From: an uncultured bacterium
GTDB lineage: Bacteria > Patescibacteriota > Minisyncoccia > UBA6257 > GWB1-50-10
Reading direction: 5' to 3'
DNA: 64,000 nt
NCBI GenBank assembly: GCA_963722655.1
Contig: CAVRNT010000002.1
Span: 71,461 to 135,460, forward strand
Both the position numbers and the translations under genes were made by a program. Positions 13,058 through 21,976 of this stretch are shown piece after piece. Every line of letters starts with the position of its first letter. Position 1 is the first letter of the stretch. The notes beneath the pieces are model-generated. The model had not been told where the DNA came from and searched no databases. It was given only the letters and a program-made list of their open reading frames with translations.

Positions 13058-15055
13058 ATGCTCTTTCACATACTAAAGCAAGTGAAATATGAACCTAGAG
13101 ATAGAGTCTATGTGGGGACTGATGACCCATCTGCTTACAAGTATTCAGTAGTAGATTCCCTTTCCATTTCAACAAAAGATGATGATTTTTTCTTTAAAGG
13201 AATTGGGAAGATTCTACTTAATCAGGGTCTAAATTGTGTGATTGGTCCACGAGGAGCGGGGAAATCCACAATGCTAGATGTCATTGCGTTGAGTTTGGGA
13301 AATTTAGATGTACTAAAAGAAAACAGAAATAACTACGTCGGGTATTTCTTCAAGACAGGTGACGCAGGTATCGTAAAGTCACTCGTAAGAAATTCCTCTA
13401 CCGGAGAAAATAAGGAGTTGTCGGCTGCAACGGCAAAGGCAAGTGGGTTCGTATTCGATTACTATCATCAGAAACAGATAGGTTACTTAGCCGATCCCAA
13501 TAACGAAGAAATTTTAAGTCGCTTTCTATTCGAGAAAATCTTCAAAGAAGGACGTGGGTTGGATTCAATATTCAGCGAGATGAATGAACAAAGAGATAAA
13601 TGTGTTTCGAGCCTTGCAATTAATAGAGAGAAAGTGGTCGCCTGTGAAAAGGAAATTGCCAAGGAAACAGATGTACGCGGGAAGATTGATGACAAAACCA
13701 ACAGAGCACAATTCCTTTCACAGGAGGAAATTAAACATCTATTAAATCAAAGGAATAAGGTAATTAAACTACGCGAACAAGTAAAAAGAATAAAAACGCG
13801 GGTCGATAGAATTGACGAAGAGCCACTTATTGCAGAAGGCGAATTGGTTGACTCTGCTTTTTTCTCAGACCTTAAGCTTAGTTCGGTTGACCCGGAAGGG
13901 ACACTAATCCCGGCCGAGTGGAAAAAATTAGAAAAAGATGCAAACGAGTTTGTGACATCCTTAGGCAAGACAAGGGTGAGCCTCGAATCAGAAGTTGTGG
14001 GTTTCACAAAGAAGGTTGTGGAGTTGGAACCGTTATTCAAGTTCGATCAGGAACTTGAGGGGATATGGAAACAAATCCAGGCAGAATCTAGCAAGAAGGG
14101 TGTCACTATAACAAAGATCGATCTGGAGCGGCTGGATGCGATTCAAAAGGAAGTTGCTTCATTAGAAAAACAGTTACAGACAATCGAGGCACACAAAAGA
14201 GAGAGAACGACCTTCCTTGAAGAACGAGGGAGGCTACTGAAGGAATACAACGATCACCTAGTCACGGTGAAGAGTAGTCTAGAAGGTAATTTTAGAGACC
14301 TACTGGATAAAGATGGCGCTATTCTTGAAAACACAATTAAATTGGAAGTGGAGATTAACCTATCCCTAGACTCTTATCTGTCGGTCATTGAGGAAAAAGC
14401 TCAGCACGAGGCCGGAAGTGATGTAGCAAGATTTCCTAATAGAAAGTCCCTCCTCGAGCTTTTTAAGAGTTTGACTGCAGAGAAAGTATTACGCGACTTA
14501 CGCAATAACTATTTTGAAGACTGGATTGGACCTGGCTTTGGCTCTGGTGGCTTGGACTATTTTAGGAAGATGTCGAATCGCGAGGAGGTCGCTATGTATA
14601 TTGAGGAGCAATTGCCAACCCTGACATCGCGATTGACCTGGAGGCCAGACCAATCAAAGGAATTTAAACCTCTGAGAAAATGCTCCATTGGTGAGAGAGG
14701 AACAGCGCTACTGAGCGTAATTTTGATCGCGGGCCGAGAACCACTTGTCATAGACCAACCCGAGGATGATCTCGACCATTTTTATTTATTTAAAACCCTC
14801 ACGCCAATAATCAAAGAAGTTAAGAAGAGAAGGCAATTATTATTTGCCACACACGACGCTAATATCGTTGTCAACGGTGATGCTGAGTTGATTCTGATTG
14901 TAGCCACGGATGATGGAAAATACGGTGATATTACTACCTCGTCGATAGAAGACTTGAGAAATAGGACGAGGATAATGGGCATATTGGAAGGTGGCGAGGA
15001 TGCTTTCACAAAAAGAGAGCAGAAGTACAATTTCCCTCGACAGAAATCATCTTAG
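13058..15055 (+). CDS. ABC/SMC-type ATPase (TrlF/PHP-associated family), probably lacking its N-terminal PHP domain
   Basis: Walker A GPRGAGKST, long coiled coil, signature CSIGER, Walker B LVIDQPEDDLD and ATHDANIVVNGDAE. It starts at LKQVKYEPRDRV, a motif normally found just after the PHP domain. Confidence 0.8.
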   Translation: MLFHILKQVKYEPRDRVYVGTDDPSAYKYSVVDSLSISTKDDDFFFKGIGKILLNQGLNCVIGPRGAGKSTMLDVIALSLGNLDVLKENRNNYVGYFFKTGDAGIVKSLVRNSSTGENKELSAATAKASGFVFDYYHQKQIGYLADPNNEEILSRFLFEKIFKEGRGLDSIFSEMNEQRDKCVSSLAINREKVVACEKEIAKETDVRGKIDDKTNRAQFLSQEEIKHLLNQRNKVIKLREQVKRIKTRVDRIDEEPLIAEGELVDSAFFSDLKLSSVDPEGTLIPAEWKKLEKDANEFVTSLGKTRVSLESEVVGFTKKVVELEPLFKFDQELEGIWKQIQAESSKKGVTITKIDLERLDAIQKEVASLEKQLQTIEAHKRERTTFLEERGRLLKEYNDHLVTVKSSLEGNFRDLLDKDGAILENTIKLEVEINLSLDSYLSVIEEKAQHEAGSDVARFPNRKSLLELFKSLTAEKVLRDLRNNYFEDWIGPGFGSGGLDYFRKMSNREEVAMYIEEQLPTLTSRLTWRPDQSKEFKPLRKCSIGERGTALLSVILIAGREPLVIDQPEDDLDHFYLFKTLTPIIKEVKKRRQLLFATHDANIVVNGDAELILIVATDDGKYGDITTSSIEDLRNRTRIMGILEGGEDAFTKREQKYNFPRQKSS

Positions 15056-15107
15056 TAGGACACTTGCGAATTTGATTTAAGCAGGCGAAAATTATTAAGG
15101 TGATACT

Positions 15108-15623
15108 ATGAATTTCTCTCTTAAACCGAATCCCCTAATAGCCCTTTGGGTGCCGGGCTTTCTGACGGTCACGGTGATTCTTCTCAGTGCCTATGTAGGC
15201 GGATCGCTAAGTGTGTTGAACTCAATCACGACGCTTCCATTTTACGCCATTGGCTTCATGGTGATTGTTGCCGGGTTTGCGGTGGGAGAATTTTTAGATA
15301 CGATTAGAGATGTCCTATGGGAGAGCTTTTTGGATCATCTCTGCAAAGGGAAGTTCAAGATTCAATGGGAATTCTTTTTCAACGGAGAAGAAAGACATAT
15401 AAAAAATCTTGAGGAATGGTATTACACGTACTACGAGTTAGATTTCAATTTGTTTGCGGGAGAGGTGATAGTCTACCTACTGTCTTGGTTCCCAGTAATC
15501 CACATAAGCCTCGGAGTTCAGCTTATAATGGCCTTCCCCGCAGCACTCTTTCTCATAAGTGCTCTTCTTGTAAGAGGAGAAATTAAAAAATTAATTGATG
15601 AACATTATGCCCAACAAAAGTAA
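15108..15623 (+). CDS. Hypothetical membrane protein (about 4 TM helices)
   Basis: Hydrophobic segments; AAGGTG SD-like site upstream. Confidence 0.7.
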   Translation: MNFSLKPNPLIALWVPGFLTVTVILLSAYVGGSLSVLNSITTLPFYAIGFMVIVAGFAVGEFLDTIRDVLWESFLDHLCKGKFKIQWEFFFNGEERHIKNLEEWYYTYYELDFNLFAGEVIVYLLSWFPVIHISLGVQLIMAFPAALFLISALLVRGEIKKLIDEHYAQQK

Positions 15624-16017
15624 TCTTCCCCATATTGGCGTTTACACCAGAATCAAGCGTTCTGAGGTAGACGAGAACGGTGTTGGGGTATTTGCCATAC
15701 AATCAATTAAGAAAGGAACCAATATCTTCCCCGGCGACATCGCCAGGATGGTTCCTGTAGACGGCAAGCAGATTAGGAAATTACCGAAGGCAATAAAGAA
15801 ACTCTATGAGGAGTTTTGTGTCATCAAGAAAAGGAAAAACGGGAAAATATACCTATGTCCCAAAAGCTTCAATCTTCTAACGGTTGCATGGTACATAAAC
15901 GACTCTGATACACCCAATGTCCGGTGTGACAAAAACTATGACTTCTTCGCACTCAGAAATATCAGGGCCGGGGAAGAATTAACAGCAGATTATTCGACTT
16001 ACAGCGACGAGGATTAG
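15595..16017 (+). CDS. SET-domain protein (lysine methyltransferase-like)
   Basis: GVGVFA..SIKKGT, WYINDSDTPNV and FFALRNIRAGEELTADY. The canonical NHS motif reads NDS here. Confidence 0.85.
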   Translation: MMNIMPNKSNLPHIGVYTRIKRSEVDENGVGVFAIQSIKKGTNIFPGDIARMVPVDGKQIRKLPKAIKKLYEEFCVIKKRKNGKIYLCPKSFNLLTVAWYINDSDTPNVRCDKNYDFFALRNIRAGEELTADYSTYSDED

Positions 16018-16282
16018 GCTCCAAATTCACTCGCCAAATCGGTAGTCTTTTCAAATGAGTTTGTCTTTGTCTCTTCCGTCAATTTCTCCCACCTTATTCT
16101 GTGCATTCCTTTCCATTAGGATAATCAGGTGGTGACAAAGCATCCGACGGTGGACCTATGCACGCCGAAACTTCTTGTGCTTTTAGATCTAGTCCAAACC
16201 GTTGCCATGCCTGCAGCTCTTTGATTATCTGATTCCAATCCTCACGTATTAGGGCTACTAAAGCTGAGTACATACACAACCT

Positions 16283-16315
16283 ACCAAAAGCCCTCATACA
16301 ATGAGGGCTTTTGGT
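16283..16315. terminator. Perfect 15-bp hairpin (bidirectional terminator-like)
   Basis: ACCAAAAGCCCTCAT-ACA-ATGAGGGCTTTTGGT. Confidence 0.75.
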
Positions 16316-16347
16316 TTATCTAAAGCTAAGAAAGGTTCTAGCTTGGG

Positions 16348-16371
16348 TGGTGCAAGGGGAAGGATCTAACC
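16348..16371 (-). other. Degenerate tRNA 3'-end remnant (att-like island boundary)
   Basis: The minus strand reads GGTTAGATCCTTCCCCTTGCACCA, i.e. a decayed T-arm, acceptor strand and CCA, with no 5' half. Confidence 0.45.
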
Positions 16372-16451
16372 TCCGAATAGATTATACTTTCCCGTTGAGG
16401 AGAATCGTCCACTGAATTGCGCTTGAGCACTTTCCCAACAATAAGAAAATG

Positions 16452-17075
16452 CTAATGACACAACAACCGATCTTTCATTCTACCCCAATACCCTATGGAG
16501 ACAGTATATATGAAGAAAACTATGAAGAAGCTGGCAACAACGTCGATTGTATAGTGCCCCCTGCCCGCTATTATGAAGAACGACTCCAGTATCGCCAGCG
16601 CGAGCATCGCATATTTACTCTTCTTGTCCCGCCACGACATAAGGAAAAACAACATGAATACCTGACCGACATGCCCGCTGGGGAAAGTTCCTCCCGTAAC
16701 AAGGACCTTCCCCAAGAGATCGAACGTGCCGGGCTCCATTGGTGTGGGGAGAGGCGTCAACGGAAGTATCGCCGCCCGGAATAGCTGGAAAAGCGCTATG
16801 CACGCGAGGTATAAGGGTAAGTCCTCGTATGATTTCTTGCGAATCACATAGGCTACAAAGCCGATGTCCGCGACCAGAAGGATTATGTCGGCGATATTGG
16901 AGTAGGCAGGATTGAATCCAAACAGCCGAAAGCCGAGATCGTTAAGAACGGGTCTGCTGCTTGCCACGCTGGAATAATGCGTCGAGACCGCATCCAGATA
17001 GCATCCTACGACCAGTAAGACCGCCGACAACACGAGTGCGGCCCAATACTTTTTATTGTATTTACATTTATGCAC
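16452..17075 (-). CDS. PAP2/sphingomyelin-synthase-like membrane phosphatase
   Basis: TFPSGH and RGHYTIDV motifs; multiple TM helices. Confidence 0.8.
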   Translation of the reverse strand: MHKCKYNKKYWAALVLSAVLLVVGCYLDAVSTHYSSVASSRPVLNDLGFRLFGFNPAYSNIADIILLVADIGFVAYVIRKKSYEDLPLYLACIALFQLFRAAILPLTPLPTPMEPGTFDLLGKVLVTGGTFPSGHVGQVFMLFFLMSWRDKKSKYAMLALAILESFFIIAGRGHYTIDVVASFFIVFFIYTVSIGYWGRMKDRLLCH

Positions 17076-17165
17076 CGTAGAGGGAACTGATTCGCTCTAT
17101 TATACCTTAACGCCATCCTCGCAAAATGGGGTGGCGTTAGGCATTCATCTCAAATAAATTTTTTC

Positions 17166-17582
17166 CTACTCACCGCTCACCGTGACCGTATAGGTTTGAG
17201 TCGTTCCATCCTGCGCCGTAACAGTGTATGTCACCGGATAAGTAAAATCCTGCGCTACGTCGGAGTCAGGATAAATTGTCGCACCGTTTGCAACCACGAT
17301 TGTCGGAACGAGGTTCGTCACATCCGTGCCCGCGGGAACCGTGAGCGTTACAGTGTCACCCATATTATCAACGATTCCGTCCACTTCCGGACTTAAGCCC
17401 ATGAAGTTAAATGAGGTGATGGATGTATCCGAACTCATCGGAGAGGCCTGGGTGGTCTGGGTAGTAGTTTGAGCGGCTGGCTGGCTATTTTGTGCCGGTG
17501 CCGGGTTCCGGGCGATAAAATACCATACGCCTCCGATAACGACGATTATCGCGACAATTAAAACAATTGCCTTTGTTGACAT
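17166..17582 (-). CDS. Membrane-anchored Ig-like (DUF5018-like) surface protein
   Basis: N-terminal TM helix, then VPAGTDVTNLVPTI...QDFTYPVTYTVTAQDGTTQTYTVTV. Confidence 0.75.
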   Translation of the reverse strand: MSTKAIVLIVAIIVVIGGVWYFIARNPAPAQNSQPAAQTTTQTTQASPMSSDTSITSFNFMGLSPEVDGIVDNMGDTVTLTVPAGTDVTNLVPTIVVANGATIYPDSDVAQDFTYPVTYTVTAQDGTTQTYTVTVSGE

Positions 17583-17928
17583 TATAATTATTGGTAACTA
17601 TTCCTTGCCATAACCGACCTTTATAAAATCTCTTCATAAACGAAACAACGTAGCCATCAGGATATTCAGCCGCAGTTTACGTTCATTTCCACTCGTGAGT
17701 TAATACTCTTTAGATGCTAAAAAGGGTTTAACTACCTGGTGACAAGGCGTCCTTCAGATACTTGTCTCTGAAAAAAAGTTCTAACGTCGATCACCAAGAC
17801 CTACAAGCAAAATCTCTTGACGCTAGCGCATCAAGGTATTATTTTAATCTTCAGTTCGACAAAAAAGGAGGGGTTTGATGAGAAAGACCTAGGTTTTCTT
17901 CGCGGTCCTGACCGGGATATCGCTTTTT

Positions 17929-18351
17929 ATGATCCCCACTTATTTGGTCACGACTCCGGTGAGCGGCGCTACCGGTGACAATACGCCTCCCCGAGACAAG
18001 GAGATCAAGCAATTGTCAGTCAGTATCGATTCGGTCGTAAATACCGCCGGCCGACTATCCAAAGACCGATTCTTCATGCGCGAGTTCATCACCGACGAGC
18101 AGGATTCCGTAATTCAGCAGATAATTTATTTCAACTACGACAGCGTAAGGATCATCCAATGCTCTTTCGACACGTTGGAAGAGACCTACGCCGCACTCGA
18201 CAGCGCGACGTATAAGGCTAGGGTCCAGCGGATAATCGAAATTGAAAACGGCGTGAGTCGGATCTGCGACCAAGCGGAACGGGCACTGCGAAACGCTATG
18301 CGGGTCTACATGATCCGGCAAGAGTTGTACAAGAGCACCCGTTCGATATGA
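17929..18351 (+). CDS. Hypothetical protein
   Basis: ORF followed by a terminator. The true start may be the SD-preceded ATG at 17878, which is interrupted by an in-frame TAG. Confidence 0.55.
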   Translation: MIPTYLVTTPVSGATGDNTPPRDKEIKQLSVSIDSVVNTAGRLSKDRFFMREFITDEQDSVIQQIIYFNYDSVRIIQCSFDTLEETYAALDSATYKARVQRIIEIENGVSRICDQAERALRNAMRVYMIRQELYKSTRSI

Positions 18352-18357
18352 ACGGCG

Positions 18358-18389
18358 AACCACGGCACCGAAAGGCGACCGTGGTTTTT
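18358..18389 (+). terminator. Rho-independent terminator
   Basis: AACCACGG...CCGTGGTT followed by a T-tract. Confidence 0.65.
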
Positions 18390-18411
18390 ATTCGCGTGGT
18401 ATAATAAAACC

Positions 18412-18903
18412 ATGAAAAAACTGGTCTATGTTTTGATAATCATCGTGGTCGTCGTGGCCCTATGGCTGCTTTTGGCCTCCACGAAGCCCGTCGTCGCCCC
18501 CACAGGCGAGAATCAAACTTCGTCCGTCCCGGCCACCGGGAGTTCGAACCCAGCCAAATCGGCCTACTTCGACCAGCGTTCCAACACCTCGCTCGGAACG
18601 TATCTCACTGACGCTAAGGGAATGACGCTCTATACCTTCGCGAACGATACGGCGGGCGCGCCGACCTGCGCGGGCGCCTGCGCCGCCAAGTGGCCGGCTT
18701 ACGGCCCGGATATAAGCGCGACCGGCACGGCCCCGATCAACCTGCCGATGCTCCCCCAAAACGTCGGCACCGTGAAGGGCTTGAACGGACTGGTCCAATT
18801 CACCTGGAAGAATATGCCGCTCTATTACTACTTCGAAGATAAGGTGTCCGGCGACACCTACGGCGAAGGCATCGGCGGGGTCTGGTACGTCGTGAAGCTA
18901 TAG
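18412..18903 (+). CDS. Secreted-repeat protein with Yx(FWY)xxD motifs (COG4315/Lipoprotein_15-like)
   Basis: GMTLYTFAND, CAGACAAKWP and PLYYYFED...GEGIGGVW. Confidence 0.85.
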   Translation: MKKLVYVLIIIVVVVALWLLLASTKPVVAPTGENQTSSVPATGSSNPAKSAYFDQRSNTSLGTYLTDAKGMTLYTFANDTAGAPTCAGACAAKWPAYGPDISATGTAPINLPMLPQNVGTVKGLNGLVQFTWKNMPLYYYFEDKVSGDTYGEGIGGVWYVVKL

Positions 18904-18957
18904 AAAGAAATAAAAGCTGATTTTCCCAACGTTTACGGCTATAATGAGACGGATAAA

Positions 18958-19293
18958 ATGGCCGTCTTCAAAAGCAAGGTCCTTTGGATACCGCTTGGGC
19001 TGACCATCGCGCTCACAGCGGCCGGTCTCATCGTCGGTCTCGTGAAGATCAGCGGTTTGGGATACCCGGTCATCATCCACTTCGACCAGTTCCACGGCGT
19101 GGACTTCATCGGCACGGCGACCGATTTCTGGGGCGTTTGGCTCGGCGGTTTGGCACTGCTAATCCTGAACGGTATCTTGAGCGAGGTCTTCTTCCGCCGC
19201 GAACGATTCCTCGCCTACCTTTTCCTTTCCGCGAACGCGCTCCTTGCGCTCTTGATGTTCATCTTCGCGGTCGTCGTCGCCGCGGCCAATTGA
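18958..19293 (+). CDS. Small 3-TM membrane protein
   Basis: Hydrophobic, with a PVIIHFD..GVDFIG loop; apparently in an operon with rmuC. Confidence 0.75.
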   Translation: MAVFKSKVLWIPLGLTIALTAAGLIVGLVKISGLGYPVIIHFDQFHGVDFIGTATDFWGVWLGGLALLILNGILSEVFFRRERFLAYLFLSANALLALLMFIFAVVVAAAN

Positions 19294-19298
19294 AATAA

Positions 19299-20330
19299 AT
19301 GGAGACCATTCTAATCATCGCCATCGTAATGCTCGCCGCCGCCATTATCCTCGTCGGCGCCGCCATCTTCATTTTCCGGAAAAACAGGACGCCCCACGAT
19401 GGCCAGTCGCTCGTCCTTCTCCAAAACCAGATGAATGAAATCACGCGCACTCTGGATTCCAAGCTCGCCGAGTCCACCCGCGTCATCCAGAGCCAGTTCG
19501 GCCAGAGCGCCAAGATTATCAAAGACGTCACCGAACGCCTCACCAAGCTCGACGAGACGAACAAGCAAGTGGTGAACTTTGCCGACCAATTGAAGAACCT
19601 CCAGGACATTCTGAAGAACCCCAAGCAGCGGGGGATCCTCGGCGAGTATTACTTGGAGACCGTCCTCAAGAACGTATTGCCGCCCGGCGCCTTCCAAATG
19701 CAGTACCCCTTCAAGGACGGTACGATCGTGGACGCCGCCATCTTCGTGAAGGACAAGGTCATCCCCATCGATTCCAAGTTCAGCTTGGAGAACTATAACC
19801 GCATCCTGGAAACGCGGAGCCCGGAAGAGAAGGAGCGCCTGGAGGGCGCCTTCCGGAACGACCTCAAAATGCGTATCGACGAGACGTCCAAATACGTGAA
19901 ACCGGAGGAGGGGACGATGGACTTCGCCTTTATGTTCATCCCCTCCGAGGCGGTCTTCTACGACGTCCTGATCAACAAGGTGGGCGCTGTGACGGGCAAA
20001 GACCTCATTGAGTACGCCTTCGGCAAGAAGGTCATCATCGTTTCGCCGACCTCCTTCCTGGCCTATCTCCAGACGGTCCTCCAGGGCCTCAAAGCGCTCC
20101 AGATCGAGGAATCGGCCAAGGAGATCCGGAAGAGAGTGGAAGAGCTCGGCAAGCATCTCGGGAGCTACGAGACCTATATGAAAAAACTCGGCGGTCATCT
20201 TGGCACGACCGTCGGGATGTACAACAACGCCTATAAGGAGCTGGGGAAGATCGACAAGGACGTCCTGCGCATTACGGGCGAGGCGGTGGATGTCGAGCCG
20301 ACGATCATCGAACCACCCAACGAAGAATGA
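19299..20330 (+). CDS. rmuC: DNA recombination protein RmuC
   Basis: N-terminal TM and coiled coil, then NPKQRGILGE, IPIDSKF, DFAFMFIPSE and IVSPT. Confidence 0.93.
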   Translation: METILIIAIVMLAAAIILVGAAIFIFRKNRTPHDGQSLVLLQNQMNEITRTLDSKLAESTRVIQSQFGQSAKIIKDVTERLTKLDETNKQVVNFADQLKNLQDILKNPKQRGILGEYYLETVLKNVLPPGAFQMQYPFKDGTIVDAAIFVKDKVIPIDSKFSLENYNRILETRSPEEKERLEGAFRNDLKMRIDETSKYVKPEEGTMDFAFMFIPSEAVFYDVLINKVGAVTGKDLIEYAFGKKVIIVSPTSFLAYLQTVLQGLKALQIEESAKEIRKRVEELGKHLGSYETYMKKLGGHLGTTVGMYNNAYKELGKIDKDVLRITGEAVDVEPTIIEPPNEE

Positions 20331-21184
20331 TAGAAAAACTGCTTGCATTCTACTCCGCTCTCGGCCGGCCCCTAACTTTGATGGAGACCGCCCGCCTCGG
20401 CGATCAACCGCCCCAGGCGACGTTGAAAGAGCTGGAGCGGCTAACTGCTCAAGGAAAGGTTAATAAAGAAGACGGTTTCTTCTCGCTTGTTGGCGCCGGT
20501 TTGAGCGCTACGGAGAGGAAGAGACAGGATCTCCTCTCGGACCTCAAATGGAAAAAACTTTTGCGTCTCGCCAAATGGTTCCGCTTCGCGCCTTTCATTG
20601 AATTCGTCATCGCGAGCGGCTCGATGGCCATTGGCAACGTCCGCGCGAGCTCGGATTTCGACGTTCTGGTTGGCGTGCGCTCCGGTCGGATCTTCACAGC
20701 CCGTTATTTTTTGAACTTCATCTTCGGCCTCTTGGGGAAAAGGCGCCTCGACGACGCAACGGATTCCAGCCCCGACAGGTTTTGTTTCAACCATTTAATA
20801 ACGGAGGTGACCTTCGCGCGCGGCGCGCCGGACACCTACGATCAGCTGCTTTACCGGAACATGGTCCCACTCTGGGGAGATTCGGGAGCGATCCGGGCAT
20901 TTTTCCGGGCGAACACATGGTGCGGTGTGACGGAGCTCGCCGCCCAAAATCTAAGATCCCTGCCCGACGGGCGGAATATCATCGGTCGACTTTGGGAACT
21001 TTTCCTCGGCGGGCGTTTCGGCGACCTCGTTGAATATAAGCTCATCGCACCGATCGCCAAACGACGCCTTGCGGTCTACGTTTCCGGCAAACCGCAAGAG
21101 GGGAGGGTGGTCGTTTCCGACGCGGAATTGGAGTTCCACTTCAACCTTCGATACGAAAAGAGGTTCACCGGCCCTGAGTTGTGA
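20327..21184 (+). CDS. Hypothetical nucleotidyltransferase-fold protein
   Basis: GSMAIGN...SSDFDVLV (GS...DxD motif) and DRFCFNH. Confidence 0.7.
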   Translation: MIEKLLAFYSALGRPLTLMETARLGDQPPQATLKELERLTAQGKVNKEDGFFSLVGAGLSATERKRQDLLSDLKWKKLLRLAKWFRFAPFIEFVIASGSMAIGNVRASSDFDVLVGVRSGRIFTARYFLNFIFGLLGKRRLDDATDSSPDRFCFNHLITEVTFARGAPDTYDQLLYRNMVPLWGDSGAIRAFFRANTWCGVTELAAQNLRSLPDGRNIIGRLWELFLGGRFGDLVEYKLIAPIAKRRLAVYVSGKPQEGRVVVSDAELEFHFNLRYEKRFTGPEL

Positions 21185-21254
21185 ACAACTCCGGCTTGCG
21201 GTTCACTCCGATAGTTTTAGAATTTAGAAAGAACAACAAAAACCGGAGGTATTC

Positions 21255-21644
21255 TTGAAATACGACGCGGAATCGTTGGTAGCCAAGTGTCTCTCAAGGC
21301 ACGGCATGACTTTTGAACACGCCATCAAGAACGGTTCTCTGGACAGGGTCGGTATTGATTTCAGGATCTATCTTGAAGAACGCGAGAAAATGATAGATCT
21401 TCAGGTCAAGACGTCCGATCGGGGCATAACGACCGGCTTGATACTGCCGTTGTCCAATCCACCGCTCGAAACGTACCCGTATCTTTCGGAAACGATGCTT
21501 TGGAGGGTTTCCAACCACATGAAGAAGCATCCCAACGTAAGATACATACTTTTCGTGGCGCGAATCTGCAGAAGACGACCGGAGGACGTGATAATCTCCG
21601 AGATCTGGCGGGAAACCAAAAGATTGTTCCTGCTAGCCGCGTAA
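21255..21644 (+). CDS. Hypothetical PD-(D/E)xK-like nuclease-fold protein
   Basis: GGAGG SD with TTG start; DRVGIDF...DLQVKTS. Confidence 0.55.
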   Translation: MKYDAESLVAKCLSRHGMTFEHAIKNGSLDRVGIDFRIYLEEREKMIDLQVKTSDRGITTGLILPLSNPPLETYPYLSETMLWRVSNHMKKHPNVRYILFVARICRRRPEDVIISEIWRETKRLFLLAA

Positions 21645-21655
21645 AAGAGTTCATC

Positions 21656-21684
21656 GGGGCTGCCTTCGGGCGGCCCTTTTCTTT
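21656..21684 (+). terminator. Rho-independent terminator
   Basis: GGGCTGCC-TTCG-GGCGGCCC-TTTTCTTT. Confidence 0.85.
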
Positions 21685-21691
21685 CCACCTC

Positions 21692-21720
21692 TTGCATTTT
21701 TAAACGGCTCATGATACAAT
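21692..21720 (+). promoter_or_regulatory. Sigma70-type promoter with extended -10
   Basis: TTGCAT-N17-TACAAT with a TGn before the -10 box. Confidence 0.7.
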
Positions 21721-21722
21721 AC

Positions 21723-21834
21723 GGGAGATGTGAAGTGCAGAGTTTGCCTTGCTGCGATGCCGGTTTGCCGGAAGCGCAGAAATCAAGGAAAACCCTTCCA
21801 ATTCCTCCCGGCGTCAGCCGGGAGGTTTGTTTTT
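21723..21834 (+). ncRNA. Candidate small structured RNA of unknown family
   Basis: Lies between the promoter and a terminator (CCTCCCGGC-GTCA-GCCGGGAGG-TTTGTTTTT). Nested stems CCTTG/CAAGG, CTGCG/CGCAG and CCGG/CCGG. No credible ORF. Confidence 0.45.
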
Positions 21835-21886
21835 ACCCGCCACTTCATATTTAGCGAGAAATAACCTATGCTATTTGGAAGGACGA

Positions 21887-21976
21887 GGTGGGGCCGCTGG
21901 AGCGGCCACGGGTGAGCACTCTCACATCATTCAAAAAATTGGAGGTCACCACCGTGGCCGCTCTGGCGGCCCGACC
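21887..21976 (+). repeat. Long GC-rich imperfect inverted repeat in the secA leader
   Basis: GGGCCGCTGGAGCGGCCACGG ... CCGTGGCCGCTCTGGCGGCCC, ending 11 nt before the secA ATG. Confidence 0.7.

Noticed and set aside
16094-16297. 67-aa minus-strand ORF at the island edge
   Set aside because: Its start lies inside a hairpin and it has no motif. It could be a remnant of a gene end but cannot be supported.
21723-21976. Naming the secA-upstream hairpins as SRP RNA, tmRNA or a known riboswitch
   Set aside because: There is no SRP domain IV motif (CAGG..GNRA..AGCA) and no tRNA-like ends, so they are left as unassigned candidates.
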